This document shows, in pieces, positions 53,501 to 61,439 of a stretch of DNA of 64,000 bases; positions within the stretch are counted from its first letter, which is position 1, and each line of letters begins with the position of its first letter. Source of the DNA: Squalus acanthias (taxonomy: Eukaryota); assembly GCA_030390025.1 (NCBI GenBank), contig JASTWF010000067.1:186001-250000 (forward strand), given 5' to 3'. The notes below the pieces were generated by a model that was not told the DNA's origin, did not search any database, and was given only the letters and a program-made list of their open reading frames with translations. Position numbers and translations under genes: made by a program.

Positions 53501-56500
53501 GAGTTCCCAGCCTTGGCCACCCTGGAGCCATGTTTCTGTAATCCCAATCAAATCGTATTCATTTACCTCTATTTGCGCAGCTAATTCATCCACCTTGTTC
53601 CGAATGCTCCTTGCATTAAGACACAAAGCCTTCAGGCTTGTTTTTTTAACGCTTTCAGACCTATATGAATTATTATTTACTGTGACCATGTTTGATTTAA
53701 ACCATTGAGTTCTTTACCTTCTACTTTTGTTTTTCTCCTTCCTGTCTTTAGCTTTTATCCTTATTTCCCTTTCCTCTGTCTCCCTGCTCAGGTTCCCAAC
53801 CCCCTGCCACTTTAGTTTAAACCCTCCCCAACAGCACTAGCAAACACTCCCCCTAGGACATCGGTCCCGGCCCTGCCCAGGTGCAGACCGTCCCGTTTGT
53901 ACTGGTCCCACCTCCCCCAGAACCGGTTCCAATGTCCAAGGAATTTGAATCCCTCCCCCTTGCACCATTCCTCTAGCCACGTATTCATTTGAAATATCCT
54001 CCTATTTCTACTCTGACTAGCACGTGGCACTGGTAGCAATCCTGAAATTACTACCTTTGAGGTCCTCTTTTTTAATATACCTCCTAACTCCCGATATTCT
54101 GCAACTGGTCTATGCCGGTATTTATGCTCCACATGAGCCTCCTCCACCCTACCAAGTTTTCCCTTAAATACATCTGTGCTATTTGCCTCAACTACTCCAC
54201 AGCAATATGATGTGCTTTATCAATGCTTTACTCAATGTGGCAGTGAGCTTCACATAGGAACAGGAGTAGGCCATTCAGCCCCACAGCCTGTTCCTCCATT
54301 CAATTAGATCATGGCTGATCTGTATCTTAATACCCTTGCCTAAAAAGAATCTATCAATCTTAGTTTTCACATTTTCAATTGAAACCCCCAGCCTCAACAG
54401 CTTTTTGGGGAGAGTGTTCCAGATTTCCACTACCCTTTGGGTGAAGAAGTTCTTCCTGACATCACCCCCGAACAACCTAGCTCTAATTTTACATAGAAAC
54501 ATAGAAAAATAGGAGCAGTAGGTCGTCATTCGGCCCTTCGAGCCTGCTCCGCCATTCAATATGATCATGGCTGATCCTCTATCTCAATACCATATTCCCG
54601 CTCTCTTCCCCATACCCCTTGATGCCTTTTGTGTCTAGAAATCTATATCTCCTTCTTAAATATATTCATTGACTTGGCATCCACAGCCTTCAGTGGTAGA
54701 GAATTCCACAGGTTCACCACCCTCTGAGTGAAGAAATTTCTCATCAGTGTTCTGGACTCCCCCACCAGAGGAAATAGTTCCTCTCTATCTTCCCTATCAA
54801 ATCCTTTAATCATCTGAAACACCTCAATTAGATCACCCCTTAATCTTCTAAACTCAGGTGAATTCAAGCCTAGTCTGTGCAACCTGTCCTCATAATTTAA
54901 CCCTTTTAGCCCCGGTATCATTCCGGTGAATCTGCTCTGCCACCTCTCCCCCTTACAGAACAGAAGGTCCCAGGTTTCTTTCACAGTCTGCACGGAGTTA
55001 GCTGACCTCAGCTCCGGTGGTGGCGACGCAACAATCAGCCTCGGTGCCCTGGACGAGAAGTGGGTTGGGGGGGGGGGGGGGGGGGGGGGGGAATTAACCG
55101 GCGCTCCTGCGTGAATGCGCACACAAGACATTGGGCGAGGGCATCCCTGCGCTCAGCTGCCAAGCCTCTCCACAAATAGCCAGCTACTCTCACTGTTTAG
55201 GCTGACACAGGCAAGGCATGAAAGAGCACCCGTACTCCAGCAGGAGTCAGCACCTCCAGAAAAGGAGAGGAGCAGAGGAAATCGTTAGAGAAAGAGACTC
55301 ACATTTTGTTGGGAAAAAAAATCCCAGTCGAGAAAAAAGTTCCTAAAACACATCCACAGAACCACATCCGCATCCCTCCTCCGTGCTTTCGCCCGTCCCA
55401 CTTGAGACCATAGGTTATGTACCTTTAATGACATGAAAGCGCCAGATGAATCAAACGTCCCCATTTCCTCTTCTGCGTCTTCCAGGCACCACTCGGGCAA
55501 ATTATCCTTCTCGTCTTCGTAGCTGCCGCTGCCCGTCCTGCCCCTCCTGTACGTGCGCTCCTCGTCTCGCTCCCGGAAATCAAAGTCAAACCTCCGCCGC
55601 CGCTGCTGCTCGGTGTGGTCCCTCCAGCCTGCGGAGCGAGGACCGTCTGCAATAAAGGAGAAGGGGAGGAGGTACAACCGTCAGGGCCCATGCCAGCCAG
55701 GCAAGAGACAAAAAAAGACACACATTATGAGGCGGATGAATTTTTCTCCCCACTTTAAGTGGTAAATATGAGGCGGCACTTTTGTGCCACTTTAACTGCT
55801 CCACCTTGGAACTCAGCGGGTGTGGAAGTGAGCCACTCAGGAAGGCCACAGCATTCTTATTCAAAAGCCCACGGTTAGCGGTAGGGAATGGAATATGCTC
55901 CCCTTTCAGGCAACCAGCGCCAGCTTCAAGCACACCCACGTCAGGTACAACAGAATTTGAGGCAGAGTAAATCTCCTCCTAGCCTGCCCCATCAAATAAT
56001 CCCAGGGCAGGTACAACAACATGCATTTATATAGCGTATTTAACGCAGTAAAACGTCGCAAGGCGCATCTCAGGAGCGTTATCAAACAAAATTTGACATC
56101 GAGCCACATAAGGGGATATTAGGACAGGTTTGGTCAAAGAGGTAGGTTTGAAGGAGAGACACGTGGAGAGGTTGAGAGCACAAGCGAGCCAATTCCACAG
56201 CTGAGGGCCTAGGCAGCTGAAGGCACGCCCGCCAATGTTGGATCAATGAAAATCAGGGGTTACCGAATACAGAGTAAAGCTCCCTCTACACTGTCCCATC
56301 AAACACTCCCAGGGCAGGTACAGCACGGGTTAGATACAGAGTAAAGCTCCCTCTACACTGTCCCCATCAAACACTCCCAGGGCAGGAACAGCACGGGTTA
56401 GATACAGAGTAAAGCTCCCTCTACACTGTCCCATCAAACACTCCCTGGGCAGGTACAGCACGGGTTAGATACAGAGTAAAGCTCCCTCTACACTGTCCAA

Positions 56501-59121
56501 TCAAACACTCCCAGGGCAGGTACAGCACGGGTTAGATACAGAGTAAAGCTCCCTCTACACTGTCCCATCAAACACTCCCAGGGCAGGTACAGCACGGGTT
56601 AGATACAGAGTAAAGTTCCCTCTGTACTGTCCCATCAAACACTCCCGGGGCAGGTATGGCACGGGTTAGATAGAGTAAAGCTCCCTCTTCTCCAGCACAA
56701 CAATGTACCCCAGACCAGCGCCCCCTAATGCACCAGTGAGACATTTTCCCACTTCCCACACCAGCCATCCTGTAACCTTGGAGTAAGAGTTCAAACTAAA
56801 TGGCAATTAATGCCAGTACTGGTCCAAGTCTATTGAGTACTGGATCGAGACTGCACAAACTCATTTCACATAGAACCTTAGCCAAATAACAGTAGGGACT
56901 CCACTCATCACAGCCTCAACCCAAATACCCTCAATTTGTAGGGCCCCTCTGTTGCCCATCACTTAGTTGTGATTGGATCCATTTCAGCATGTTGGCGCCA
57001 ATACCGTGTCGGTTAACTGTCTCCATTATAGGTTTCTATGGGACACCTCGTCAAAAACTTGACTAAAATCCAAGTCAGGCACATCTACATTCTCAAATAT
57101 ACTCATTGTTCGGATATGACTTCCTTTTGTAAATCCATGCCGACCTTCCAATTAGTTTATATCTTCCTGATGCTACACCAACCTGCCCTGGACAACTCAT
57201 TCTTGAATTTTCCCTCGTGGCCTATAGTTCCAATAATTCCCTGTGGTGTCAACCGTGGCTCAGTGGGTAGCACTCTCGCCTGAGTCAGAATCACAAAAAC
57301 AGATTATCTGGTCATTATTACATTGCTGTTTGTGGGAGCTTGCTGTGCATAAATTAGCTGCTGCGTTTCCTACATTACAACAGTGACGACACTTCAAAAG
57401 TACTTCATTGGCTGTAAAGCACTTTGGGATGTTCTGAGGATGTGAAAGGTGCTATAGAAATGCAAGTCCTTCTTTTTGGAATTTTTTTTTTTAAACAGAG
57501 AATTACATCCTCCAGTACCAGCCCCTTTTCTAACAAATGCTCAATACTTCTGCCAGCTCCCCCAAGCGCCCGCAGATGAATCCCATTCAGCCCACGTAAC
57601 TTTATTCACTCCGATCTTACCGAGGTGTTCAGCTACTAACTGAGTAATTGCTGATTTTATTATACTGCTCATTCTATCCTGGAATGCCATCTCTGCTACA
57701 GCCCCTGTAACGTCCTTTGCCCATATAAATATACAACCAAAAGAACTCATTCAATTTATTTCAGCTATTTCCACATCGTCGCTAATCTCAACCCCCTTTG
57801 CAGAAGCCAGTGCCAGTGATTCTATACTCGTGTATCTTTTCCATTTACCTCTAATGCGCTTAAATTTCCTGCTCATTTTAAATTCAAGGCCGTTTTATCA
57901 GCCCTTCCTCTAAATTTTTCTTGTACTCGTTCTTCATGTCTTGTGGTTCAAATATATGGGAATGCCTTCACTTTATTCCTAACAGTTTGAATCACCTTCA
58001 ATCATCCAGGGCTGCCTTTGTCACTCACTGTTCTTACTAAGACTCAGATATACATTATGCCACTTCCCCCTCAATTCTGTTCGTTTTAGCTACCACTCCC
58101 CGCCCCCCTCTTTTTTTTTTTTTTAAGCCTTGTGCCATTCTTCTCTTACCTGTGCGCACATTCTCCGAAAATCTGCCTTTCCAAAGTTCAATGGCCAGAT
58201 GTCTCTACTCTTTCCTTACAACAAACCTTATGACTAGCGTTCCCGGTAAGCTGCGCAGCCGCCCAGCTGTCTGGCGGTCCTGTGCGGGTCGCTCACCGGC
58301 TTTTGAGTGGGAGATTTTGCGCGTGTGAAATTTTGAATAGGCCTCGCAGCCCGTTAAAGGGACCGCGCACCCAAAAAAAAATTAAGGGGGGGAACGCTGC
58401 TTACTATGATTACTGTTCCCCACTCCTCCTCCACCTCGAATCCTGCTGTGATGTCCCCATTATTGCTACGTGCAGCGCTACGAAAGGCAAATGCAAAAAC
58501 CCTCACGGGTTGGAAATGGTCTTTTTCCGAGATACCTGGGCTCGGGGGCCGCCACCGATCGCCTTCTCTTCTTGCACCAGCCATTCTCCAGCCTCCGTCC
58601 TCATCTTCGCCGTTTTGTTCTTCGCGAATGGCCCGCCAGTTCTCACTGTCGGAGCGTGCAAAATCCTGCTTGCGCGACGTCGGAGCCACTTCCTCAAACC
58701 CTACCCGTACTTAAAGGAAAGAGGAGGAGAAAAGGGAGAGAGAGGAGGAGAAAAGGGAGAGAGAGGAGGAGGAAGAAGAGAGAAGTCGGAGAAGAGGAGC
58801 GAGAGTCAGGTTTTGTACTTGTACTGTTAAAACATTAGCATTCTAGTTTTAGCACTGAAATTACATGAAGTTATGTACTAAAGACATCCGTATTGGCCAT
58901 TGGACAAGTCAATCAAGATGGATTATCTCTGAAAACCAGTTTCCCCAACAACTGATGGGTGAGTAAAAGCACCCATTAACTTCTAATCACTTTGCTCTTT
59001 ATCACTATGGGGCCCAGAGAGAATTAATTATTATTTTTTTTTAAATGTTAATAAGATTTTCCTAATAGTTCAAATCATACCTCCATCTCTCCGACCAGGC
59101 TTCTCAAATCTTCTGTCACCC
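3916..59121 (-). CDS. GIGYF1: GRB10-interacting GYF protein (GIGYF1-like), 22 coding exons in window, 5' end outside window
   Basis: Exons join in frame with GT-AG sites (3154 nt total). Product has the DDX6-binding region [20 protein letters not shown] domain [32 protein letters not shown] coiled coil and GIGYF C-terminus. The family call is secure; paralogue 1 vs 2 rests on recalled GYF-domain residues. Confidence 0.85.
4086..4847. mobile_element. Non-autonomous DNA transposon (MITE) with ~17-bp TIRs
   Basis: Left agccccggaatttgcggt versus right accacaaattccgggtct (inverted match); no coding capacity. Confidence 0.65.
4900..5315 (+). mobile_element. tRNA-derived SINE with LINE-derived tail
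   Basis: A-box-like tagtggttatg and B-box gttcaaatccc; tail gatgggcaataaatgc..cccgagaatgaat shared with LINE ends at 10265, 23175, 25320 and 61080. Confidence 0.6.
6473..6517 (+). repeat. (GA)n microsatellite
   Basis: About 22 GA units. Confidence 0.95.
6886..7033 (-). CDS. GIGYF1: GIGYF exon U (148 nt) ..[17 protein letters not shown]
   Basis: tgtcag| ... |gtaaga. Confidence 0.94.
10265..11665 (-). mobile_element. Degenerate LINE 3' part, interrupted by a SINE
   Basis: RT C-terminal remnant ..[19 protein letters not shown]..; same tail as 60340-61130. Confidence 0.7.
10330..10783 (+). mobile_element. Deu-domain SINE (SacSINE1-like), near full length
   Basis: tRNA-like head, central domain ..taaaaaatcccatggcacta.., L2-like tail ..aaggcgctatagaaatg. 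Confidence 0.8.
12629..12798 (-). CDS. GIGYF1: GIGYF exon T (170 nt) [46 protein letters not shown]
   Basis: ttgcag| ... |gtagtg; highly conserved C-terminal domain. Confidence 0.96.
14064..14221 (-). CDS. GIGYF1: GIGYF exon S (158 nt) [37 protein letters not shown]
   Basis: ttgcag| ... |gtatgt. Confidence 0.95.
14500..14880 (-). mobile_element. CR1 LINE 3' fragment
   Basis: [24 protein letters not shown]; inverted relative of 29985-30440. Confidence 0.8.
15360..16190 (-). mobile_element. CR1 LINE 3' fragment
   Basis: ORF2 C-terminus [32 protein letters not shown]. Confidence 0.92.
16696..16892 (-). CDS. GIGYF1: GIGYF exon R (197 nt) ..[18 protein letters not shown]
   Basis: cactag| ... 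|gtttgt; phase 0 to 2; [12 protein letters not shown] recalled as GIGYF1-type. Confidence 0.88.
17201..17902 (+). repeat. 24-bp purine-rich minisatellite (GGAGAAAGGCGGAGTTGGGGAAGA)n, about 28-29 copies
   Basis: Near-perfect tandem array; first units are 26 bp. Confidence 0.97.
18373..18537 (-). CDS. GIGYF1: GIGYF exon Q (165 nt; NAGNAG alternative start 18534)
   Basis: ctccag|CAG|TGT.. [22 protein letters not shown]; |gtgagt. Confidence 0.9.
18581..19318 (-). mobile_element. Young CR1 3' fragment with 5' inversion
   Basis: 18581-19197 is minus-strand ORF2 C-terminus plus (CATAGAAA)n tail; 19200-19318 is a plus-strand piece [34 protein letters not shown]. Confidence 0.92.
19325..19709 (+). 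mobile_element. Deu-domain SINE (SacSINE1-like), 5' truncated
   Basis: Matches 10330-10783. Confidence 0.82.
20186..21150 (+). repeat. Compound minisatellite (GGTCCCTGCCGCTGACC(AC)nCCCCAT/AG)n, about 28 copies of 30-42 bp
   Basis: Constant 17-bp core plus variable (AC)n spacer. Confidence 0.96.
21347..21439 (-). CDS. GIGYF1: GIGYF exon P (93 nt) [27 protein letters not shown]
   Basis: catcag| ... |gtaagt; phase 0-0. Confidence 0.9.
21476..22200 (-). mobile_element. Degenerate CR1 fragments
   Basis: 3' tail at 21476-21750 and RT remnant [19 protein letters not shown]. Confidence 0.75.
22640..22861 (-). CDS. GIGYF1: GIGYF exon O (222 nt) ..[19 protein letters not shown]
   Basis: ttccag| ... 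|gtactg; phase 0-0. Confidence 0.9.
22885..23100 (+). mobile_element. CR1-type 3' tail carrying an inserted minisatellite unit
   Basis: Inverted relative of 21476-21640. Confidence 0.72.
23649..23935 (+). mobile_element. Deu-domain SINE, 3' truncated
   Basis: Head gtcagccgtggctcagttggtagcac and central domain. Confidence 0.8.
24117..24260 (-). CDS. GIGYF1: GIGYF exon N (144 nt), E/R coiled coil
   Basis: ttccag| ... |gtgatt; phase 0-0. Confidence 0.9.
24855..25252 (+). mobile_element. CR1 3' fragment
   Basis: [22 protein letters not shown] and CR1 tail. Confidence 0.88.
25961..26095 (-). CDS. GIGYF1: GIGYF exon M (135 nt), E/R/K coiled coil
   Basis: gttcag| ... |gtaatg; phase 0-0. Confidence 0.9.
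27150..28890 (-). mobile_element. CR1 LINE, 5' truncated, RT domain, double 3' tail
   Basis: [39 protein letters not shown]; frameshifts downstream. Confidence 0.95.
29113..29513 (-). mobile_element. Deu-domain SINE (SacSINE1-like)
   Basis: Reverse complement of the 10330 family. Confidence 0.8.
29985..30440 (+). mobile_element. CR1 3' fragment
   Basis: [24 protein letters not shown]. Confidence 0.85.
30637..30725 (-). CDS. GIGYF1: GIGYF exon L (89 nt) [30 protein letters not shown]
   Basis: ttctag| ... |gtaaga; phase 1 to 0. Confidence 0.92.
31488..31588 (-). CDS. GIGYF1: GIGYF exon K (101 nt) ..[16 protein letters not shown]
   Basis: ccccag| ... |gtgagg; conserved RS(L/M)SVP motif. Confidence 0.92.
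32294..32453 (+). mobile_element. hAT-like MITE
   Basis: Ends caatg.. and ..ttagagggaacattg; degenerate 8-bp TSD gtcggtat/gttgggat. Confidence 0.6.
32980..33545 (-). mobile_element. CR1 3' fragment interrupted by hAT-like MITE (33264-33404)
   Basis: CR1 tail resumes after the MITE; partial TSD ..atgtc. Confidence 0.78.
34214..34321 (-). CDS. GIGYF1: GIGYF exon J (108 nt), Q-rich
   Basis: ttgtag| ... |gtaatg; phase 2-2. Confidence 0.9.
34752..35128 (-). mobile_element. Deu-domain SINE
   Basis: Reverse complement of the 10330 family. Confidence 0.8.
35870..37140 (+). mobile_element. Two tandem degenerate CR1 3' fragments (35870-36420 and 36690-37140)
   Basis: [12 protein letters not shown]..; tails ending ctatgattct. 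Confidence 0.8.
37260..37357 (-). CDS. GIGYF1: GIGYF exon I (98 nt) [32 protein letters not shown]
   Basis: tggtag| ... |gtaaaa; phase 0 to 2. Confidence 0.92.
39854..40020 (-). CDS. GIGYF1: GIGYF exon H (167 nt), GYF domain core
   Basis: [55 protein letters not shown]; ctttag| ... |gtaagc. Confidence 0.97.
40650..41272 (+). mobile_element. L2 LINE 3' fragment
   Basis: ..atccatgtctttgttacctccagactt.. and L2 tail ccttgggacgttttactacattaaaagcactata. Confidence 0.8.
41350..41512 (-). CDS. GIGYF1: GIGYF exon G (163 nt), start of GYF domain
   Basis: [22 protein letters not shown]; ccgcag| ... |gtaagc. Confidence 0.96.
41690..41824 (-). mobile_element. hAT-like MITE
   Basis: Inverted copy of the 32294/33264/58235 family. 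Confidence 0.55.
42141..42298 (-). CDS. GIGYF1: GIGYF exon F (158 nt) ..[13 protein letters not shown]
   Basis: gcgcag| ... |gtaggg; DDEG(L/M)K motif. Confidence 0.9.
42735..42912. mobile_element. Degenerate inverted Penelope-like terminal relic with decayed hammerhead core
   Basis: Inverted ends aaagcagaaaatgctgga / ccagtattttctgctttt; minus strand ctgacgaagggtctaaacccgatat (GAAA decayed). Confidence 0.5.
43655..44107 (-). mobile_element. Deu-domain SINE, near full length
   Basis: Reverse complement of the 10330 family; tail-only copy at 43455-43555 (+). Confidence 0.82.
44930..45235 (+). mobile_element. Deu-domain SINE, 5' truncated
   Basis: Matches family. Confidence 0.82.
45581..45775 (-). 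CDS. GIGYF1: GIGYF exon E (195 nt), low-complexity linker
   Basis: caacag| ... |gtacgg; phase 1-1 and open in the frame linking D and F; poorly conserved sequence. Confidence 0.75.
46010..47340. mobile_element. Minus-strand CR1 fragment with nested plus-strand CR1 (about 46428-46905)
   Basis: Host reads ..agagtataggctcaatc | aatctactcaatctc..; insert ends in (tctatgtt)n tail. Confidence 0.85.
46936..47340 (+). repeat. 27-bp minisatellite amplified from CR1 ORF2 (RFTRLIPGM)n, about 15 copies
   Basis: Unit ctcatcccaggaatcaatctcgtgaac with variants. Confidence 0.95.
47492..50327 (+). repeat. Tandem duplication, 4 near-identical units of 704-714 bp
   Basis: Units start 47492, 48204, 48908 and 49614; visible differences confined to the G tract. 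Confidence 0.96.
50312..50447 (-). CDS. GIGYF1: GIGYF exon D (136 nt) [25 protein letters not shown]
   Basis: aaacag| ... |gtaacc; conserved [12 protein letters not shown]. Confidence 0.93.
50585..54101 (-). mobile_element. Young CR1 LINE: ORF1 esterase C-terminus plus nearly complete ORF2 (APE endonuclease + RT), inactivated
   Basis: ORF1 ..[15 protein letters not shown].. (53812-54100). ORF2 [39 protein letters not shown]. In-frame TAG at 52007, FAGD in place of FADD, frameshift near 51565. Confidence 0.96.
51176..51331. mobile_element. Penelope-like terminal fragment with inversion and minimal hammerhead ribozyme motif
   Basis: TSD aactgcagcag at 51165-51175 and 51332-51342; perfect 25-bp inverted repeat; cac-CTGAGGA-stem-GAAA-GCT-T-gt. 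Confidence 0.8.
54255..54950 (-). mobile_element. Nested CR1 3' fragments
   Basis: Second tail catagaaacatagaaaa at 54492 inside an older CR1. Confidence 0.82.
55423..55646 (-). CDS. GIGYF1: GIGYF exon C (224 nt), DDX6/Me31B-binding motif
   Basis: [37 protein letters not shown]; ttgcag| ... |gtacat. Confidence 0.95.
56015..56260 (-). mobile_element. L2 3' tail fragment
   Basis: Inverted relative of 41150-41272. Confidence 0.65.
56267..56690 (+). repeat. 67-bp minisatellite, about 6 copies
   Basis: Unit atacagagtaaagctccctctacactgtcccatcaaacactcccagggcaggtacagcacgggttag. Confidence 0.95.
57247..57477 (+). mobile_element. Deu-domain SINE with internal deletion, inside an old CR1 relic
   Basis: Head joined directly to the 3' portion. 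Confidence 0.75.
58235..58399 (+). mobile_element. hAT-like MITE
   Basis: TIRs agcgttccc / gggaacgct. Confidence 0.6.
58536..58709 (-). CDS. GIGYF1: GIGYF exon B (174 nt) ..[33 protein letters not shown]
   Basis: tttaag| ... |gtatct; long pyrimidine tract upstream; conserved RS(D/E)SENWR motif. Confidence 0.93.
59081..59121 (-). CDS. GIGYF1: GIGYF exon A (41 nt) [13 protein letters not shown]
   Basis: ccgcag| ... |gtatga; phase 2 to 1. Confidence 0.9.
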
Positions 59122-60339
59122 CTGCGGGAGGCAAGGAATCATGAGTTAGAGAACAAATACTCAAAATAGAGGCGCACCAAGGAGAGGAAAAAAAATCTAA
59201 CTCAAGAAGAGTTAATCATGCTGGCGATAAGTCTTTGCACAGCTGGCCACACAAAAAGGGAAGCATGGAGCAACCAAATGTATTCCCGATCTCACAAAAT
59301 GAGCACGGTAGAATCAAATCACGGTATTTTACAGCCAAGAAGCCTGTTTAGCTGATTGCACCCATGCAGGCCTCTGAAATTTCTGATACCGTATATTATA
59401 CCCAATTCAAGAATATAATTAACATATATATTGATATGAAGATAAAGGAGAAGATAGAATAGTTTCCCTCAACATCAAGCATTCGACTCGAGTCTAGCAC
59501 ATGCAAAACTGAAGTAATTGAAGGTCAAAGGGAATACTTTCCCCTGCCCTTTCTCCATATCCTTTAAAAAAATTTTTTTTTAAATATTTAACCACTTCCC
59601 TTTCATAGATTCTGCTTCTACCGTTGTACTTGATAGGGCATTCCATGTCCTAACAACCCAACGTATTTAAAAAAATAAATTATAATCACTCCCTTCACTT
59701 TTAGTGGCGTTAAATTTATGCCCTCTAGTTACCAGCTCACTGACCAGTGGGAATAGCTTTTCCCCTGATTTACATCATCGCAACTTCCCAATTTTGAACA
59801 CCTGTATCACATCTCTCCTCATAAATAAAGCTTCTTTGCCCTGGGATCATCTCAGCCAATCTCTTCTGCACCCAGACCACGGCCTTGACATCATTCTTAA
59901 GTAAGGCACCCAAAACTGGACACAATATTCTGAGGCCTAATCACTGGGTTTAGTTTTACCTCTTTACTTTGGTATTCCGTGCCACTATTTTTAAAATTTA
60001 GTATCCCATACCTTTTTTCTTCCACTTTCAAAGATTTGAAATAGAGTCTCTCTCTGCTCCTCTACTCCTTTTGAAGATTTACCATTTAGTGCTCATTCCC
60101 TCTCATTCTCCCTTCCAAGATCTACAATGTCACATTTCTCAGCATCAACTTTCATCTGACAACCCACGTCCTCCTGAAGTCCCTTCAGTTTACCATGCGC
60201 CCTATTTGTGCCTGAAATTTTTGATACCGTATATACCCAATTCAAGAATATAATTAACATATATATTGATATGAAGATAAAGGAGAAGATAGAACAGCTT
60301 CAACTTGAGTCTAGCACATGCAAAACTGAAGTCTTTGAA

Positions 60340-61130
60340 GGTCAAAGAGAATACTTTCCAGTGGCTGGAGTCATATCTGACGCAGAATCTGGATAACATC
60401 TAGGCTTAGGCTGACAACCATCAGGTAACACACATGAGCCAGGTAACACTACCATGGACAAGATAGAGCCCAGCCATTTCACCAGGACCTTCAATGGCAC
60501 CACCATTGCTAAGTGTCGAGCATCATCATCTAGGGAGTCACCTCTGACCAGAAGCTGAAATGGAACAGCCATTTCAACACCATGGCTGGGAAGAGTCTGG
60601 TACACCGCAGTGAGTGGCTCATCTCCAAACTGTTCAAAGCCTCACCACCATCTACAAGGCTCGTCAGAAGTGTGATGGGACACTCGCCCAAATGGTTGCA
60701 GCCACAACATTACTCAAGAACCTACCCAGGATAAAGCAGTTCGCTTGATCAATGCCCCTTCCAACGGACTTAATATTCAACCCCTCTACTACTGGGGCAC
60801 TACGGCTACAACATGGATGATCTACAGGATGCACTGCAGCAACTCACCAAAACTGTTTCAACAGCACCCACCCCCACGACCTCCATCACTGGGGACGAGT
60901 AGCAATGGAGTAGAAACACTCTCGCCTCCAAGATGCACACAATCCTGACGACCATATATTCTCATTCCTTCACTGTCGCGGAGTCAGAAACCTGGAATTC
61001 CCTACCCAATACCACCCAGACTGCAGCAAGCAGTTTAAAGAGAAGGCCCACCACCATCTTCTCAGGGTAACTAGGGTTGGGCAAAAAAATGCAGTCTTGC
61101 CAGCATCACTGTCATCTCAAGAACAAATTT
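60340..61130 (+). mobile_element. Degenerate LINE 3' part (same family as 10265-11665)
   Basis: ..gaccagaagctgaaatggaacagcca..caccatctacaaggc.. and shared tail. Confidence 0.65.
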
Positions 61131-61439
61131 AAAAAGATATAAAAATATAGAGTGATAGAACGATAGGAGCTACTTACACACCCACAGGCCACACTACTGT
61201 TTACATCTCTCTGGGACAAAAGGCACCCAAAAACACAACACTGTTTTCTAGCCTTTAGCTAACTCCTATCCAGGTTCAGAAATTCTCATATCATGGGCTT
61301 TCATTTTGTCAAGAAGCCTCCTAGGCACCACCTTAGCAAAAGTCTTTTGAAAATCCAGTAGGCCAGCAAAATACTTAGAATGTGCTTTTTTTGGGCCAGT
61401 TTTCATCCCTCCTGCTCGAACGAAGGCTGCGACTGTTTT

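Noticed and set aside
50585-54101. Active autonomous CR1
   Set aside because: Nonsense codon, catalytic Asp loss (FAGD), frameshift, internal insertion and 5' truncation.
58710-59080. Nested antisense KCNJ13 as in human GIGYF2
   Set aside because: The intron is only 371 bp and no Kir channel sequence is recognisable in the window.
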